From Macrostomum lignano (taxonomy: Eukaryota), in assembly GCA_002269645.1 (NCBI GenBank), contig NIVC01001698.1, positions 62,001-126,000 on the forward strand: a DNA stretch of 64,000 nt, written 5' to 3'. Under the pieces are notes generated by a model. The model was not told the DNA's origin, made no database searches, and worked only from the letters and a program-made list of their open reading frames with translations. The translations under genes were made by a program, and so were the position numbers. Shown here piece after piece: positions 48,651 through 61,200 of the stretch. Position 1 is the first letter of the stretch. Each line of letters starts with the position of its first letter.

Positions 48651-50157
48651 CACTGACAATCAGAGATTTCAGACGTAGTTAAGGCCGTTCAGCCGGTATT
48701 TTGTATTTTTCAAAAGCCAGTAAACGTACTTTTACGAGCTTTAGTGCGAAAAATGATGTGCTATAATTTAAATTTACACACTGTGTAAAGAGTTCTTCAA
48801 TTAGAAGCCAAAAAGTTAACAAGATTGAAAAACATTGGATAACGAAGCGCAACAACTGTGAATGGATGGAGTCCAATGACCATGCAATCGACATTATGAT
48901 TGACTAAGTTGAAGAAGCACCACTCTGTAACAAGCAAGCGGAATCTCTTCCACTATCGCATTCAAGTGCTAGCGAGATGTAATTTCATACATACTATTAC
49001 ACGTAGGTATACATTAGCAACTGCAAAAGGTGGCTTTGGCAACTATATAAATACCATATGTAGTTCATATGGACGATATGGTTCAATTGAGTCTGTTGTC
49101 TCTGACCGAAACCATAAGCTAAGAATCAATAAAATTACTGTTTGCGACGCATTAAATAATTGTACAACAAATGCAAGCGCCTATCAATTCGTCCCCTAGA
49201 CTATGTACATGTACATCTGTAGATACAGTGAAGTGTACCACAGTTCAGTTACATTTTTTCTAACATTGAAACTGCTTTCTCGCTGTTTTCTATCGTTTTA
49301 TCGAATAAAGTTTTTCGAATAAAGCAAAAATGTTTTTCAGATTCGACGAATTCGATTCGAGAAGGGAAATAAATCAAATAATTTAACCACGGACTTATCG
49401 GTGAAGTCAATGGTAAGTTATTCCAGATGTCTGTGTGTCTGTAAATTGCTTTAATTGTAAATAAGTTGTAGAAAATCAGGTAAAACATTTTGCAAACTAC
49501 ATTTCCAGCTCATATAGATTCAAATTATTTAAGATTTGTTAACATTTTTGTCATCTTGTTTTTTAAAGATTTTAAACAGAACTTTTTCTTAGATAATGAT
49601 CGTACAAATGTTTTAAAGAACCAAATATTTAATAGTTAGCGTGTTGTTTGCTTGCAATTAATTATCTGATGAGTTAATTAGTATTTGTAGCTGTAAGTTT
49701 TTGTGTTTGTGTATTAGATATATCTAAAATAACGAATCCATTGATTGTTTGAACGGCGATTAGACCTAATTGTAGTAGCAAGCAACTCTAGCTGGTTATT
49801 GCGAGTGTTAGTTAGCCACTCAAAAAGGTTGAGAAATAGAAGGTGGCTGTGCCTGTATATTTATTGTCTGGCTCTGGCAGAGCTCAGATTTCCGGTTCAT
49901 TGAGTGCGCGTTGGGATGTGCTCGAGCAAGGGGAAGCGGATAGGCTGAGTGTGGTCACGAAGTGAAAACTGTGTGTCCGTGTCCTGAACTGCCTGCCTGC
50001 ACATGCTATACTAATATAATCCTGTTCAGATTATAGCCTATATAGGTAAAGTAAAATATAACCTGCTAGCTAGAAGTTTAGAACTAACCTGTTTGAACAA
50101 AGTAGACATCCTTTCTGCAAATTTGTGTTAAATAGTTATAAGGTAGCCAAGTTGAAA

Positions 50158-50605
50158 GGCAGTTGTTATTTGTCCAGTGACCGGACGAATAGCGATGTGG
50201 TTATTTGTCCGGTTACTGGATCCTGACCATTCTTTCCTATTCATCCGGTTAATACTGGACAAATAGACATTTTGTTATTTGTCCGGTTAAATTGATGATG
50301 CTAAAATATCTAGTTTATAAAAACCACAAAGGTAAATATTCCTAGACTTCAAAGACTTCTTACTCATGTCTTGATTATTATATTGTTATACTAGTGTGTG
50401 TCTTATACACCAAATTATGCCAAATTGAATACACTGCTTTGCTTACACTCAAGTAATACAAGAAAATATTAATCAGTATACGAGAAAAGGTCTTAAAAGT
50501 CTAGAATATTCATCACAAAACAAATAAGATAATTTGTGTTAGCAATTTAACTGGACAAATAGCAAAAAGGCTATTCGTCCAGTCACCAGACAAATAACAA
50601 CTGCC
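50158..50605. mobile_element. Mutator-like (MULE) MITE, 448 bp
   Basis: TIR GGCAGTTGTTATTTGTCCAGTGACCGGACGAATAG matches the other end (about 32/35). Perfect 9-bp TSD AAGTTGAAA (50149-50157 / 50606-50614). Confidence 0.85.
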
Positions 50606-50926
50606 AAGTTGAAACAAAAATTGACTATGGTATAGAAGATTTTTATTTGCAAACTTGCTAAGTCTATTTCATTTTTTGTTAATAAAAGCTTTGTTAATAA
50701 CTTTGTTAATAACATTCTTATTGCTAAACATACTAAAAGTTACTACATTGTTAAGATTTATCCCTACAATCTTTAGGCTTATGCACTTCAAAAAATCTTC
50801 ACATTGCCAGTTGCTTCCCATAGACATTTTGTAGCATAAGCATCTTTCTAGTAACTCTAAAACACTTTGAGATTTGAGTTAAAATGCTGTTAGGTTTAGG
50901 CAACTCATTTTTAGCATAATGTTTAT

Positions 50927-51310
50927 TAGAGGTCGGACAAGTCGAAAATTTTGGTTGGGCATGAAATTTTATGAAATTTTCAAAGTCAGGCATGATTGTA
51001 ATCATAAACATGAATTTATATTTAATGTGCATATATGCATTACAAGATTGTAAGTTATAAGTGTAGAAAATAAATAATAAAACAAGAACAGAAAATATTA
51101 TATATTAGATAATAGATATTCAGTAACATTGTCAAGTCAACAAATATAAAATTTATTATTGCTTTACACATTTGTGTTCATGTTTTTATTTTAGTAAATC
51201 AAAATTCATAACCTCATGAATGGGTTTCAAGGTAGGCCTAATCATAATCATGAAAAATGGTCATGAATTCACAAAATTGTGATCACAATTATGATCACAT
51301 CCAACCTCTA
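50927..51310. mobile_element. hAT-type MITE, 384 bp
   Basis: TIR TAGAGGT(C/T)GGA; perfect 8-bp TSD ATGTTTAT (50919-50926 / 51311-51318). Confidence 0.8.
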
Positions 51311-52864
51311 ATGTTTATTATCCATTATAAAATTATAAGTGATTAGAGTTACAAAAAAGAAATAATATTTAAAAATAAATTTGAAGATAAAAGAAGGTTA
51401 AAATATTAGTTTTATTTCTTTATCATTTTAAGTTTTATATTCTCTATAGGTAGACTCATAAGATCATCTATCTATAAAGACATGTATAAAATTTTAGAAG
51501 ACAATGGTATATAGTATATGTTTTATACATGCGCAACCCCCCTTGATTTACACTGGCCATGCAACTTACTTTTTAACCAAAAATATGACTTAACTATAAA
51601 AGAAACCTAAAAGCAAAAATTATTATAATTTTTGGATAAATGGCAAGAGTAACTAAAATTGTCTTACACTTGTATGAGGAATAAATAACTTGTCATCTAA
51701 TTAGTACTACATCTTTTTTTGGGTGGGAATTTTTGTGACTTACCTTGGCTAGTCCCCTTGCCAACCATGTCAACCAGGTGTTGCACATGTATGACATGGT
51801 TTTTTGGTAAGTACCATATCAAAAAAGTATTGTTAAACATTTTGTATTAGGCCTAAGTCATTATTGTTATCAATATATTCAATTACTCTGTGACCTATTA
51901 TTAGTTTGTCCTACTATTTCCCTGTGTCTTACCATTTGTCTTTAGTCTGTTTGTCCTACTATTGTGTTGTATCCCACTTCATAGTCTATTGATCTTGCTA
52001 TTGCCTTGTATTCTATGCTCATAGTCCATTTGTCCTACTATGCATTACCCTATGTCCTACCATCATAGACTGGTTATCCTACTATTTCCTTATGTCATAC
52101 TATCAATCTGTTTTATGAATATAAAAAAGTTATTTTAAATCCTTGCATAGAACATAAGTTTAAAGTATATTTTATATATTAGTATATCATCGATTCATAT
52201 TTAAAGGTTCTATACTAATTTGAGATGATTTTTTGAAAAGACAATTCATTTGTAAATAGTTTCGATTCTACTAAAATATATAGAAGGCTTTCATAAGTCA
52301 CTTCAAATGCATAATACATGCTGTTAATCAGTTTGAGCTTAATTCTGATGTTTTAGTTTCAAATAATTTTCTGCCTACTAATCCTACACGCGTGTAACTA
52401 AAAGGCTTTGTTAACGAAAGAGCTTTGTCTGCTCTGCTTTGCTAGTTTTTTGGCATTGCGTCACGCCAGCTCCTTTATCATAGTGCGATTCGAAACTCCA
52501 AGCTCGTTGACCCCGGGGCATTGCGGCAAGCCTGCCTCACTGTTGAAAGCCAAGCCTGGCGGGCTCGCGTCACTCGGTCCAGGAATGTCTGTCCAGGCCG
52601 CTTCATTCTGCCTGTCAAATTGTTTTTTAGGTTTTTTCTCTTCTTTAGCTCTTGCTGCTTTTTGTGGTTCGCTTATCTGAGAGCCAGTGGCAGCAGCAGC
52701 AAGGGGGGACCTTTGATCTCCGTCCGCCTCAACCCCGGCCGATTCCTGATGACACCAATCACTGACCAGCGGCTCGCCATTGAACAGAGCTTAAATATAA
52801 AGCGATAAACTCGCCAGCGAAGCGTTCTGTGACCAATTTCCTTTCTGAGACTGTCGCACTGAGA

Positions 52865-52930
52865 ATGTCGGACTCGGAGAGCAGCAAGCAGAGGAAGGGG
52901 GTGACTTTCACGGACGAGCCGCAGTCTCTG

Positions 52931-52962
<32 letters not shown>

Positions 52963-55900
52963 ACAGCAGCAGAATGGCGGAGTTGAAGCAGCTGTGCCCA
53001 ACGCCAAAGCGTCCACAACCAACGGTAACAGCAGCAGCGGCAGCGGCGGCGGCCACTTCCCCCTGTACAAGCAGGCCTCCGAGCCCAGCATCGGCCGGTG
53101 AGGCTTGACTGTTTTTCATTTCTTGCCAACCGGCACTCCTTCAATGTTGCCGTTTCGTAATTCAAAAGGGGGGGCCAACTCAAGCTAGAAATCCTGTGAG
53201 CACAGGAAGGGGATCAAGATGGGATGCCTCGTCGTGTTAAGTCAGGCTGCTATCCTGATAGAGATTAGCAGTCTTGTATGCGATTGATTACACCTGCTCC
53301 AATTGGGCCAAATGTGCAACCGACAGCTCAGCCGCAGCTACTGATCTGAAGGCTGCGTGCGGCTGTTCAGTCCAAGGACTGGGGGTCGCCACACACCCTC
53401 AATTACCCCAGCTAATGCTGGCAACCATTTTACAGCCGGGTGAACTGAAGCAATGCAGAGCTAAGTGCCTTGCCCAAGGACACAAATTGTTCCATTGGGA
53501 TCGGGAATCGAACCTCCGACCTTCAAGTCGTGAGTCCGACGCTCTAACCACTATAGGCTTCAATTGGTCTTTATCACGTGATCATCTATTGTGACTTCTG
53601 TAGTGACCTTTTGCAGCTTTTCCTCTGCTGTTCTCTCGGCTTTATATTCAAACTCAAATTTTCGTGTTGCCATTGCACTTTTTTCGCACCTGGCTTGCAC
53701 TTGTACCTGTTTTAATGAAGTTTATTTTTGAAATACTGCCGAGAGGCGTGTGTTCAGGTGCGCATCGGCCCACCTGGCACCTGATTGCACCGAAATCAGC
53801 GGCTGCGGGGGGGGGGTTGCTGTTTGGCCTTATCTCTCTGTTAGATTGGCAGCCACTGGCTTGCATCGGCTAAATGGAGAGGTGAAGAGGCAGAGGTGGG
53901 CTGTAGGAGAGACAGGGATCGGCTGTAGGAGAGGCAGGGATCGGCCGTAATGGAGGCGGTGATCGGCTGTAGGAGAGGCGGGGATCGGCTGTAGGAGATG
54001 CAGGGATCGGCTGTAGGAGAGGCGGGGATCGGCTGTAGGAGAGGCGAGGATCGGCTGTAGGAGAGGCGAGGATCGGCTGTAGGAGAGGCGGGGATCGGCT
54101 GTAGGAGAGGCGAGGATCGGCTGTAGGAGAGGCGGGGATCGGCTGTAGGAGAGGCGGGGATCGGCTGTAGGAGAGGCAGGGATCGGCTGTAGGAGAGGCA
54201 GGGATCGGCTGTAGGAGAGGCAGGGATCGGCTGTAGGAGAGGCAGGGATCGGCTGTAGGAGAGGCGGGGATCGGCTGTAGGAGAGGCAGGGATCGGCTGT
54301 AGGAGAGGCGGGGATCGGCTCAGACGGTGAACACAATGAGGCGCAGGCAGCTGCAGAGAGCAGTGAGGGTTGCGAAATGCGACCGCTGGCCCAACTGATC
54401 CCATTTCGGCAATTTTCCCTCCTCCAGGCGCGGCTCACGCAACCAGGCCAGCCAAAGCTCGTCCGCCTCCAGCCTGGTCGTGGCCTCCCCGGCCGAGTTC
54501 GTGCTCCGCAACGGCGGCAGTCACGTGATCGAGCGGGTGCTGATCGCCAACAACGGCATCGCCGCCGTGAAGTGCATGCGCTCCATCCGGCGCTGGTGCT
54601 ACGAAGTGTTTCGCAACGAGCGCGCCATCAAGTTTGTCTGCATGGTGACGCCCGAGGACTTGCAGGCCAACGCCGAGTACGTCCGGCTGGCCGACAGCTA
54701 CGTGCCCGTCACCGGCGGCTCCAACAACAACAACTACGCCAACGTGGAGCTCATTGTGGACATCGCCAGGCGGAACAATGTCCAGGCGGTTTGGGCCGGC
54801 TGGGGCCACGCCTCCGAGAATCCCAAGCTGCCGGATTTGCTGCGCAAGCACGAAATCATCTTCCTGGGCCCGCCGGCCGAGGCAATGTGGGCTCTGGGCG
54901 ACAAGATCGCCTCCAGCATCGTGGCCCAGAGCGCCGGCGTCCCCTGCCTGCCTTGGAGCGGCTCGGACCTCCGCCTGGACGACCAGTCGATGGCCGCCAG
55001 CCTCGACCCCGATAGTTCCGGCCGGCGGCCTCCCCTGACTGTGCCGCAGGATCTCTACAGGCTGGCCTGCGTTGAAACCGCCGACGAGGCCCTGGCCGCC
55101 GCACAGAAAGTCGGCTTCCCGCTAATGATCAAAGCTAGCGAGGGCGGCGGCGGCAAGGGCATCAGGAAGGCCGAGACTGCGGCCGATGTGCCCAACCTGT
55201 TCTTGCAGGTCAGTCTGGCATTGAACATGTCCTTGACTCCCTTAGTGACTGACATACACTTTTTTACATCCGCAACGGATGCTAAAATCGTGTCTGGCAT
55301 CCCTTATCTTACAGCCCCGATACAGTGTCTGACAGCCCTGATTCAGTGTCTGACAGCCCTAATAAAGTGTCTGACAGCCCTGATACAGTGTCTGACAGCC
55401 CTGATACAGTGTCTTACAGCTCTGATAGTGTCTTACAGTATCAAAGCTAGCGAGGGCGGCGGCGGCAAGGGCATCAGGAAGGCCGAGACTGCGGCCGATG
55501 TGCCCAACCTGTTCTTGCAGGTCAGTCTGGCATTGAACATGTCCTTGACTCCCTTAGTGACTGACATACACTTTTTTACATCCGCAACGGATGCTAAAAT
55601 CGTGTCTGGCATCCCTTATCTTACAGCCCCGATACAGTGTCTGACAGCCCTGATTCAGTGTCTGACAGCCCTAATAAAGTGTCTGACAGCCCTGATACAG
55701 TGTCTGACAGCCCTGATACAGTGTCTTACAGCTCTGATAGTGTCTTACAGTCGCGATACAGTGTCTGACAGCCCTGATTCAGTGTCTTACAGCCCTAATA
55801 CAGTGTCTAACTGCCCTGATACAGTGTCTTACAGTCGCGATACAGTGTCTGACACCCCTAATACAGTGTCTGACAGCTCTGATACAGTGTCTGACACCCC

Positions 55901-58150
55901 TAATACAGTGTCTGACAGCCCTGATAGTGTCTGATAGCCCTGATAATGTCTTATAGCCCTGATACAGTGTCTTACAGCCCAGATACAGTGTCTGACAGCC
56001 CTGATACATCCCTGGCATCTCTAGTGTCTCGCATCTAATTTAGTGTCGGACATTCCTAACGCCTGACGCCGCCAGGTGCAAGCGGAGGTCCCCGGCAGCC
56101 CGATATTCGTGATGGCCTTCGCGCCCAACGCCCGTCACCTGGAGGTGCAGCTGCTGGCTGACAACTGTGGCCAGGCCATCTCGCTGTTCGGCCGCGACTG
56201 CAGCATCCAGCGGCGGCATCAGAAAATCATCGAGGAGGCGCCGATCACCGTGGCGCCGCCGGAGCTGCTGGCGGACATGGAGCGGGCGGCCGTCAGGCTG
56301 GCCGGGCTGGTTGGCTACGTCAGCACGGGCACGGTGGAGTACCTGTACAACCCGGAGACCAACTCCTACTGCTTCCTGGAGCTTAATCCTCGGCTACAGG
56401 TTGAGCATCCGTGCACTGAGATGGTCACCAATGTTAACCTGCCCGCCTGCCAGCTGCAGGTGAGAATTTCCTGTTTTTAAGAAATATTTTCATCATGGCA
56501 GGGCGAAATCGCATCATTGATATTTGGGCGGATATAAAGGCCAGTTTTGGGCGCCCCAGTTAGTTAGCGTTATATAATAGTTTTTCCTGAGCTATTGCTG
56601 TTGCTGGCAGGGCAGTATTGTAGCACATGGAGGTGGCGCGGTCAAAGCTCCGTTCTCTCAGACCACCCCCCCCCACTGGGCCGAGGCCGTACCCAAGTTT
56701 GCGTGTACCAGCCTAGCCTAGCCTAGTTGCTGGTCTGCCGCCTGTACGCGCGTGTTCTAAAAATAGATTCAGCCCCATTCCCCCAGTTTAGTGTCTGTCA
56801 GCCCCCCCCCCCCACCCGTACGGCGGATCGGAGCGAACGGCACTGGAGTGGCGTGATTATACTGTAACGCGTAGGGTCAGGCGGCAGGCCCCGAGAACTG
56901 CCAGGGTGCATTTGTATGGTACTTGTTTGTATTCAATGGCCAAAGCTCAGTTAGCTGCAAAACAAAAACTGTCAATTAATCAGCGGCAAAGTTGCTCGCA
57001 ACTGACTGACCGCCAGAAGTAGACTGGCGGGACAATTCTTGAAAACTTTTGAAGAGTAATAATAACATTTTCCAAAAATGCATTACCGAGCGGAGGAAAA
57101 TTTTTAACATAGAGTTTTCTAGCAAAAGTCCCAGATTCTATACACCTATATATGTCAAAAATACCATTTTCACCAAGGGGGGACAGCCGACCTCTTTGAC
57201 CTCCCTTGGATGGATGGATCCTCCATTTTAAAGTTAAGCAATGCATGCATGTAATCGCCAGTGTCAACATCAATGCCCTCTGCCCCTGTTCCGCGGTCCT
57301 TGTTTTCCTAACAAACGGCACTGGCATTTGGGATAGAAATGTTGGGGAGTTTTCTTATATGCAAATAAGTCTTCCAGCTCCAACATTTTTTGGATCCTTC
57401 GATCGATTTTTTCCGCCTAAGCTGCTGCGTCCGTCAGGAATTGGTTTTATTTTCTGCGAAATCCGACACCGCCTTCAGATCGGCATGGGGCTGCCGCTGC
57501 ACCGCATCAAGGAGATCCGGGTGTTGTACAGGCAGGACCCGCTGGGCTCCAGCGAGATCGACTTCGACTCGCCGGACACGCAGCCGGAGCCTAGCGGTCA
57601 CGTGATCGCCGCCCGCATCACCTCTGAGAATCCGGACGAGGGCTTCAAGCCGAGCACCGGGGCGGTGCAGGATCTGATCTTCCGCGGCTCCAAGAACGTC
57701 TGGGGCTACTTCAGCGTGGTCAGCACCGGCGGCCTGCACGAGTTCGCCGACTCGCAGTTCGGCCACTGCTTCTCCTTCGGCGACCACCGGGAGGCCGCCC
57801 GGGAGAACCTCATCATCGCACTCAAGGAGCTGTCAATCCGCAGCGACTTCCGCACCACTGTGGAGTACCTCATCCGCCTGCTGGAGGACGAGAGCTTCGC
57901 GGAGAACCGCATCAACACGGGCTGGCTGGACCGCCTCATTGCCGAGCGGGTCCGCACTGAGAAGCCCAACGCCTTCCTCGCAGTGATTTCTGCCAGCCTT
58001 CACCTGGCCTATCAGGAGCTGCGCACCGTGCTGCATCAGGTCGTGTCCGAGCTGGACCGCGGCCAGTCCTGCAATATGGGCCACTTGAAGAACTCCGTGA
58101 CATTGGAACTCGTTCACCAGGTGTGCTAGGGGCTCTGCTCTGTCTCTGTG

Positions 58151-58207
<57 letters not shown>

Positions 58208-58226
58208 GCCTGTCTGTCTGTCTGCC

Positions 58227-58289
<63 letters not shown>

Positions 58290-61200
58290 GTCTGTCTGTC
58301 TGTGTGTCTGTCTGTCTGTCTGTCTGCCTGTCTGCCTGTCTGCCTGCCTGTCTGTCTGTCTGTCTGTCTGTCTGCCTGTCTGTCTGTCTGTCTGTACTGT
58401 GACCCCACTCCCCGCCTCTCCTTCCCGCAGAACGTGAAGTACCGCCTGGAGGTGGTGCAGTCGGGCGAGAGCTCCTACTTCCTTCTGCTTAACGGCTCTT
58501 GTCTGGAGGCGGAGGCTCACCGCCTTGGCGACGGTGGCCTGCTGCTGTCGCTGAACGGGTCCTCCTACAGCACGTACTCCTGCATCGAGGCCACTGGCTA
58601 CCGGGTGATCATCGACAACCAGACCTGCACGTTGGAGAAGGAGCACGACCCCACCGTGCTCATGAGCCCGTCGCCGGGCAAGCTGCTGCGCTTCACAGTG
58701 CCAGACGGTGGTCACGTGACTCAGGACAGCGTCTACGCCGAGATCGAAGTGAGCGCGCTCGGGTTGCAGACGTGGGATCAGGGCGGGCCCAAGTAATGCC
58801 ATTCTAGGCCGCTCAGTGTGTGTGGGCCAGGACTATCTTGATGCTTTAGGCCTCAGGCTGATCCTGCACTGATTGGAATGGCAGCACTGCTAATTCCATC
58901 ATTGCCTGCCTTCGAAGCTTTTGTTTGTGAAGTCCTTGGGTGGGGGAGGCAGAGAGAGAGACTGATCGGTCCCGCCCAGATACCAATTCGCGGAATCTTG
59001 CCTTCAAATTCTTCAATTCCTCTTCTTTCATCTCTTCTCTCCCCCCAAGTTCCTTCACGCTTTTGCTGATATGGTGTAAAGTCAATATGGATTTTGTCTG
59101 GCGCAGCCGAAGCCTATGCATAAAAACGTTTAATGGCACCAAAATCTGTCTCTGTCTTTTAGACAGGCTCGAGCGCATAGCCATGCCTTTTATAGTCTCT
59201 TCTGGAGCTCTGGAAATATTCATTGTAATTAAAGATTATGAGCTAATGGCACTCAGACACACTCAGGCTTGTCTTTGGCTTGCATGGCCAGTTTGAGAAT
59301 TAAGAAGACAGCAGACCGCTGCACATTAGTGCATCACAGCAGACCGCTGCTAGACTGGGTGGGGGTAGCAGATACCCGTGAAACTGGTAGTAATGGGTTA
59401 CCGATCACTAAGAGACCGGAAGCAGTGGTGGCAGATCACTAAGAGACCGGAAGCAGTGGTGGCAGATCACTAAGAGACCGGAAGCAGTGGTGGCAGATCA
59501 CTAAGGGACCAGAAGCAGTGGTGGCAGATCACTAAGGGACCGGAAGCAGTGGTGGCAGATCACTAAGGGACCGGAAGCAGTGGTGGCAGATAACTAAGGG
59601 ACCGGAAGCAGTGGTGGCAGATCACTAAGAGACCGGAAGCAGTGGTGGCAGATAACTAAGGGACCGGAAGCAGTGGTGGCAGATCACTAAGAGACCGGAA
59701 GCAGTGGTGGCAGATCACTAAGAGACCGGAAGCAGTGGTGGCAGATCACTAAGAGACCGGAAGCAGTGGTGGCAGATCACTAAGGGACCGGAAGCAGTGG
59801 TGGCTGATTACTAAGGGGCGGAAGCAGTGGTGGCAAATCACTGAGGGGGCGGAAGCAGTGGTGGCAAATCACTGAGGGGGCGGAAGCAGTGGTGGCAGAT
59901 CACTAATAGACCGGAAGCAGTGGTGGCAAATCACTGAGGGGGCGGAAGCAGTGGTGGCAAATCACTGAGGGGGCGGAAGCAGTGGTGGCAGATCACTAAG
60001 AGACCGGAAGCAGTGGTGGCAGATCACTAAGAGACCGGAAGCAGTGGTGGCAGATCACTAATAGACCGGAAGCAGTGGTGGCAGATCACTAATGGAACGG
60101 AAGCAGTGGTGGCAGATCACTAATGGAACGGAAGCAGTGGTGGCAGATCACTAATGGAACGGAAGCAGTGGTGGCAGATCACTAAGAAACTGATTTCAGT
60201 TCTCAGTATCACTGATTACTTCGAACATGCTCAGTCGCAGCCAGTCATTCCAGCCAGCTTCCACAATCCCCGCCCCGCCAGGTGATGAAGATGGTGATGG
60301 AGCTGCGCGCCTCCGAGTCCGGCTGCGTCCGACACCAGAAGCGGCCGGGCGCGCAGGTGGCGGCCGGTGAGCAGCTGGCCAGCCTGGAGCTGGACGACCC
60401 GTCGCGGGTGCGGCAGGCGGAGCTGTACACCGGGGGATTCCCGGCCAGCCTGGCCGGCACGCAGCCGCACACCGGCCTGCGGCTCAACCAGATTGTGGAG
60501 CGAATTGTGCAGCAGCTCAAGTCCGCTCTGCAGGGCTACGTCATTCCCGAGCCGAACTTTAGCGAGTGGATGGTGCAGCAGGTAACCACTTAATACCCGA
60601 TACAACCGCTTAATACCCGATAGAGCCGCTTAATACCCGATAGAGCCGCTAATACCCGATAGAGCCGCTTAATACCCGATACAACCGCTTAATACCCGAT
60701 AGAGCCGCTTAATACCCGATAGAGCCGCTTAATACCCGATATAACCGCTTAATACCCGATAGAGCCGCTTAATACTTGATAGAGCCGCTTAATACCCGAT
60801 CCCGATAGAGCCGCTTACTGCACGATAGAGCCCGATAGATCGATTGATTTGCTTTAGGACCTTTCCATTTTGCTGCATTAAAAATGTGCTAAGAAATTTT
60901 TTTCTATTCAAATGTCTTGTCCTTAATACTACTCACTATGCTTGTTTAGTAGTGCATTAGGGAAATAACAATGATAAACTGGAACGCACTCAGGTGGAGA
61001 CGCTGCTGGTATCGCTGAAGGACCCGGCGCTGCCGCTAGTCGAGCTCAAGGAGATGATGTCGCAGGTGTCCGGCCGCATCCCCACCCTGCTGGAGCAGCG
61101 AATTCGAGAGCAGATGGCCAAATACGCCAGCAACATCACCAGCGTGCTCTCCAGATTCCCGGCCGCAGAGATTGAGCACATCATTGACGCATTCGGCGGC

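Noticed and set aside
51524-51789. Short inverted ends TACATGCGCAAC / GTTGCACATGTA, possible TA-TSD MITE
   Set aside because: Short imperfect match in very AT-rich DNA; a single copy gives no independent support.
53497-53558. tRNA-like sequence on the minus strand (also 18345-18410)
   Set aside because: The acceptor, anticodon and T stems do not pair properly and the sequence runs into a SINE body, so these are SINE heads rather than tRNA genes.
58846-59223. 125-aa minus-strand ORF with a charged helical stretch inside ACC intron 5
   Set aside because: It lacks the GC3 bias of real exons here and has no homology cue or partner exons.
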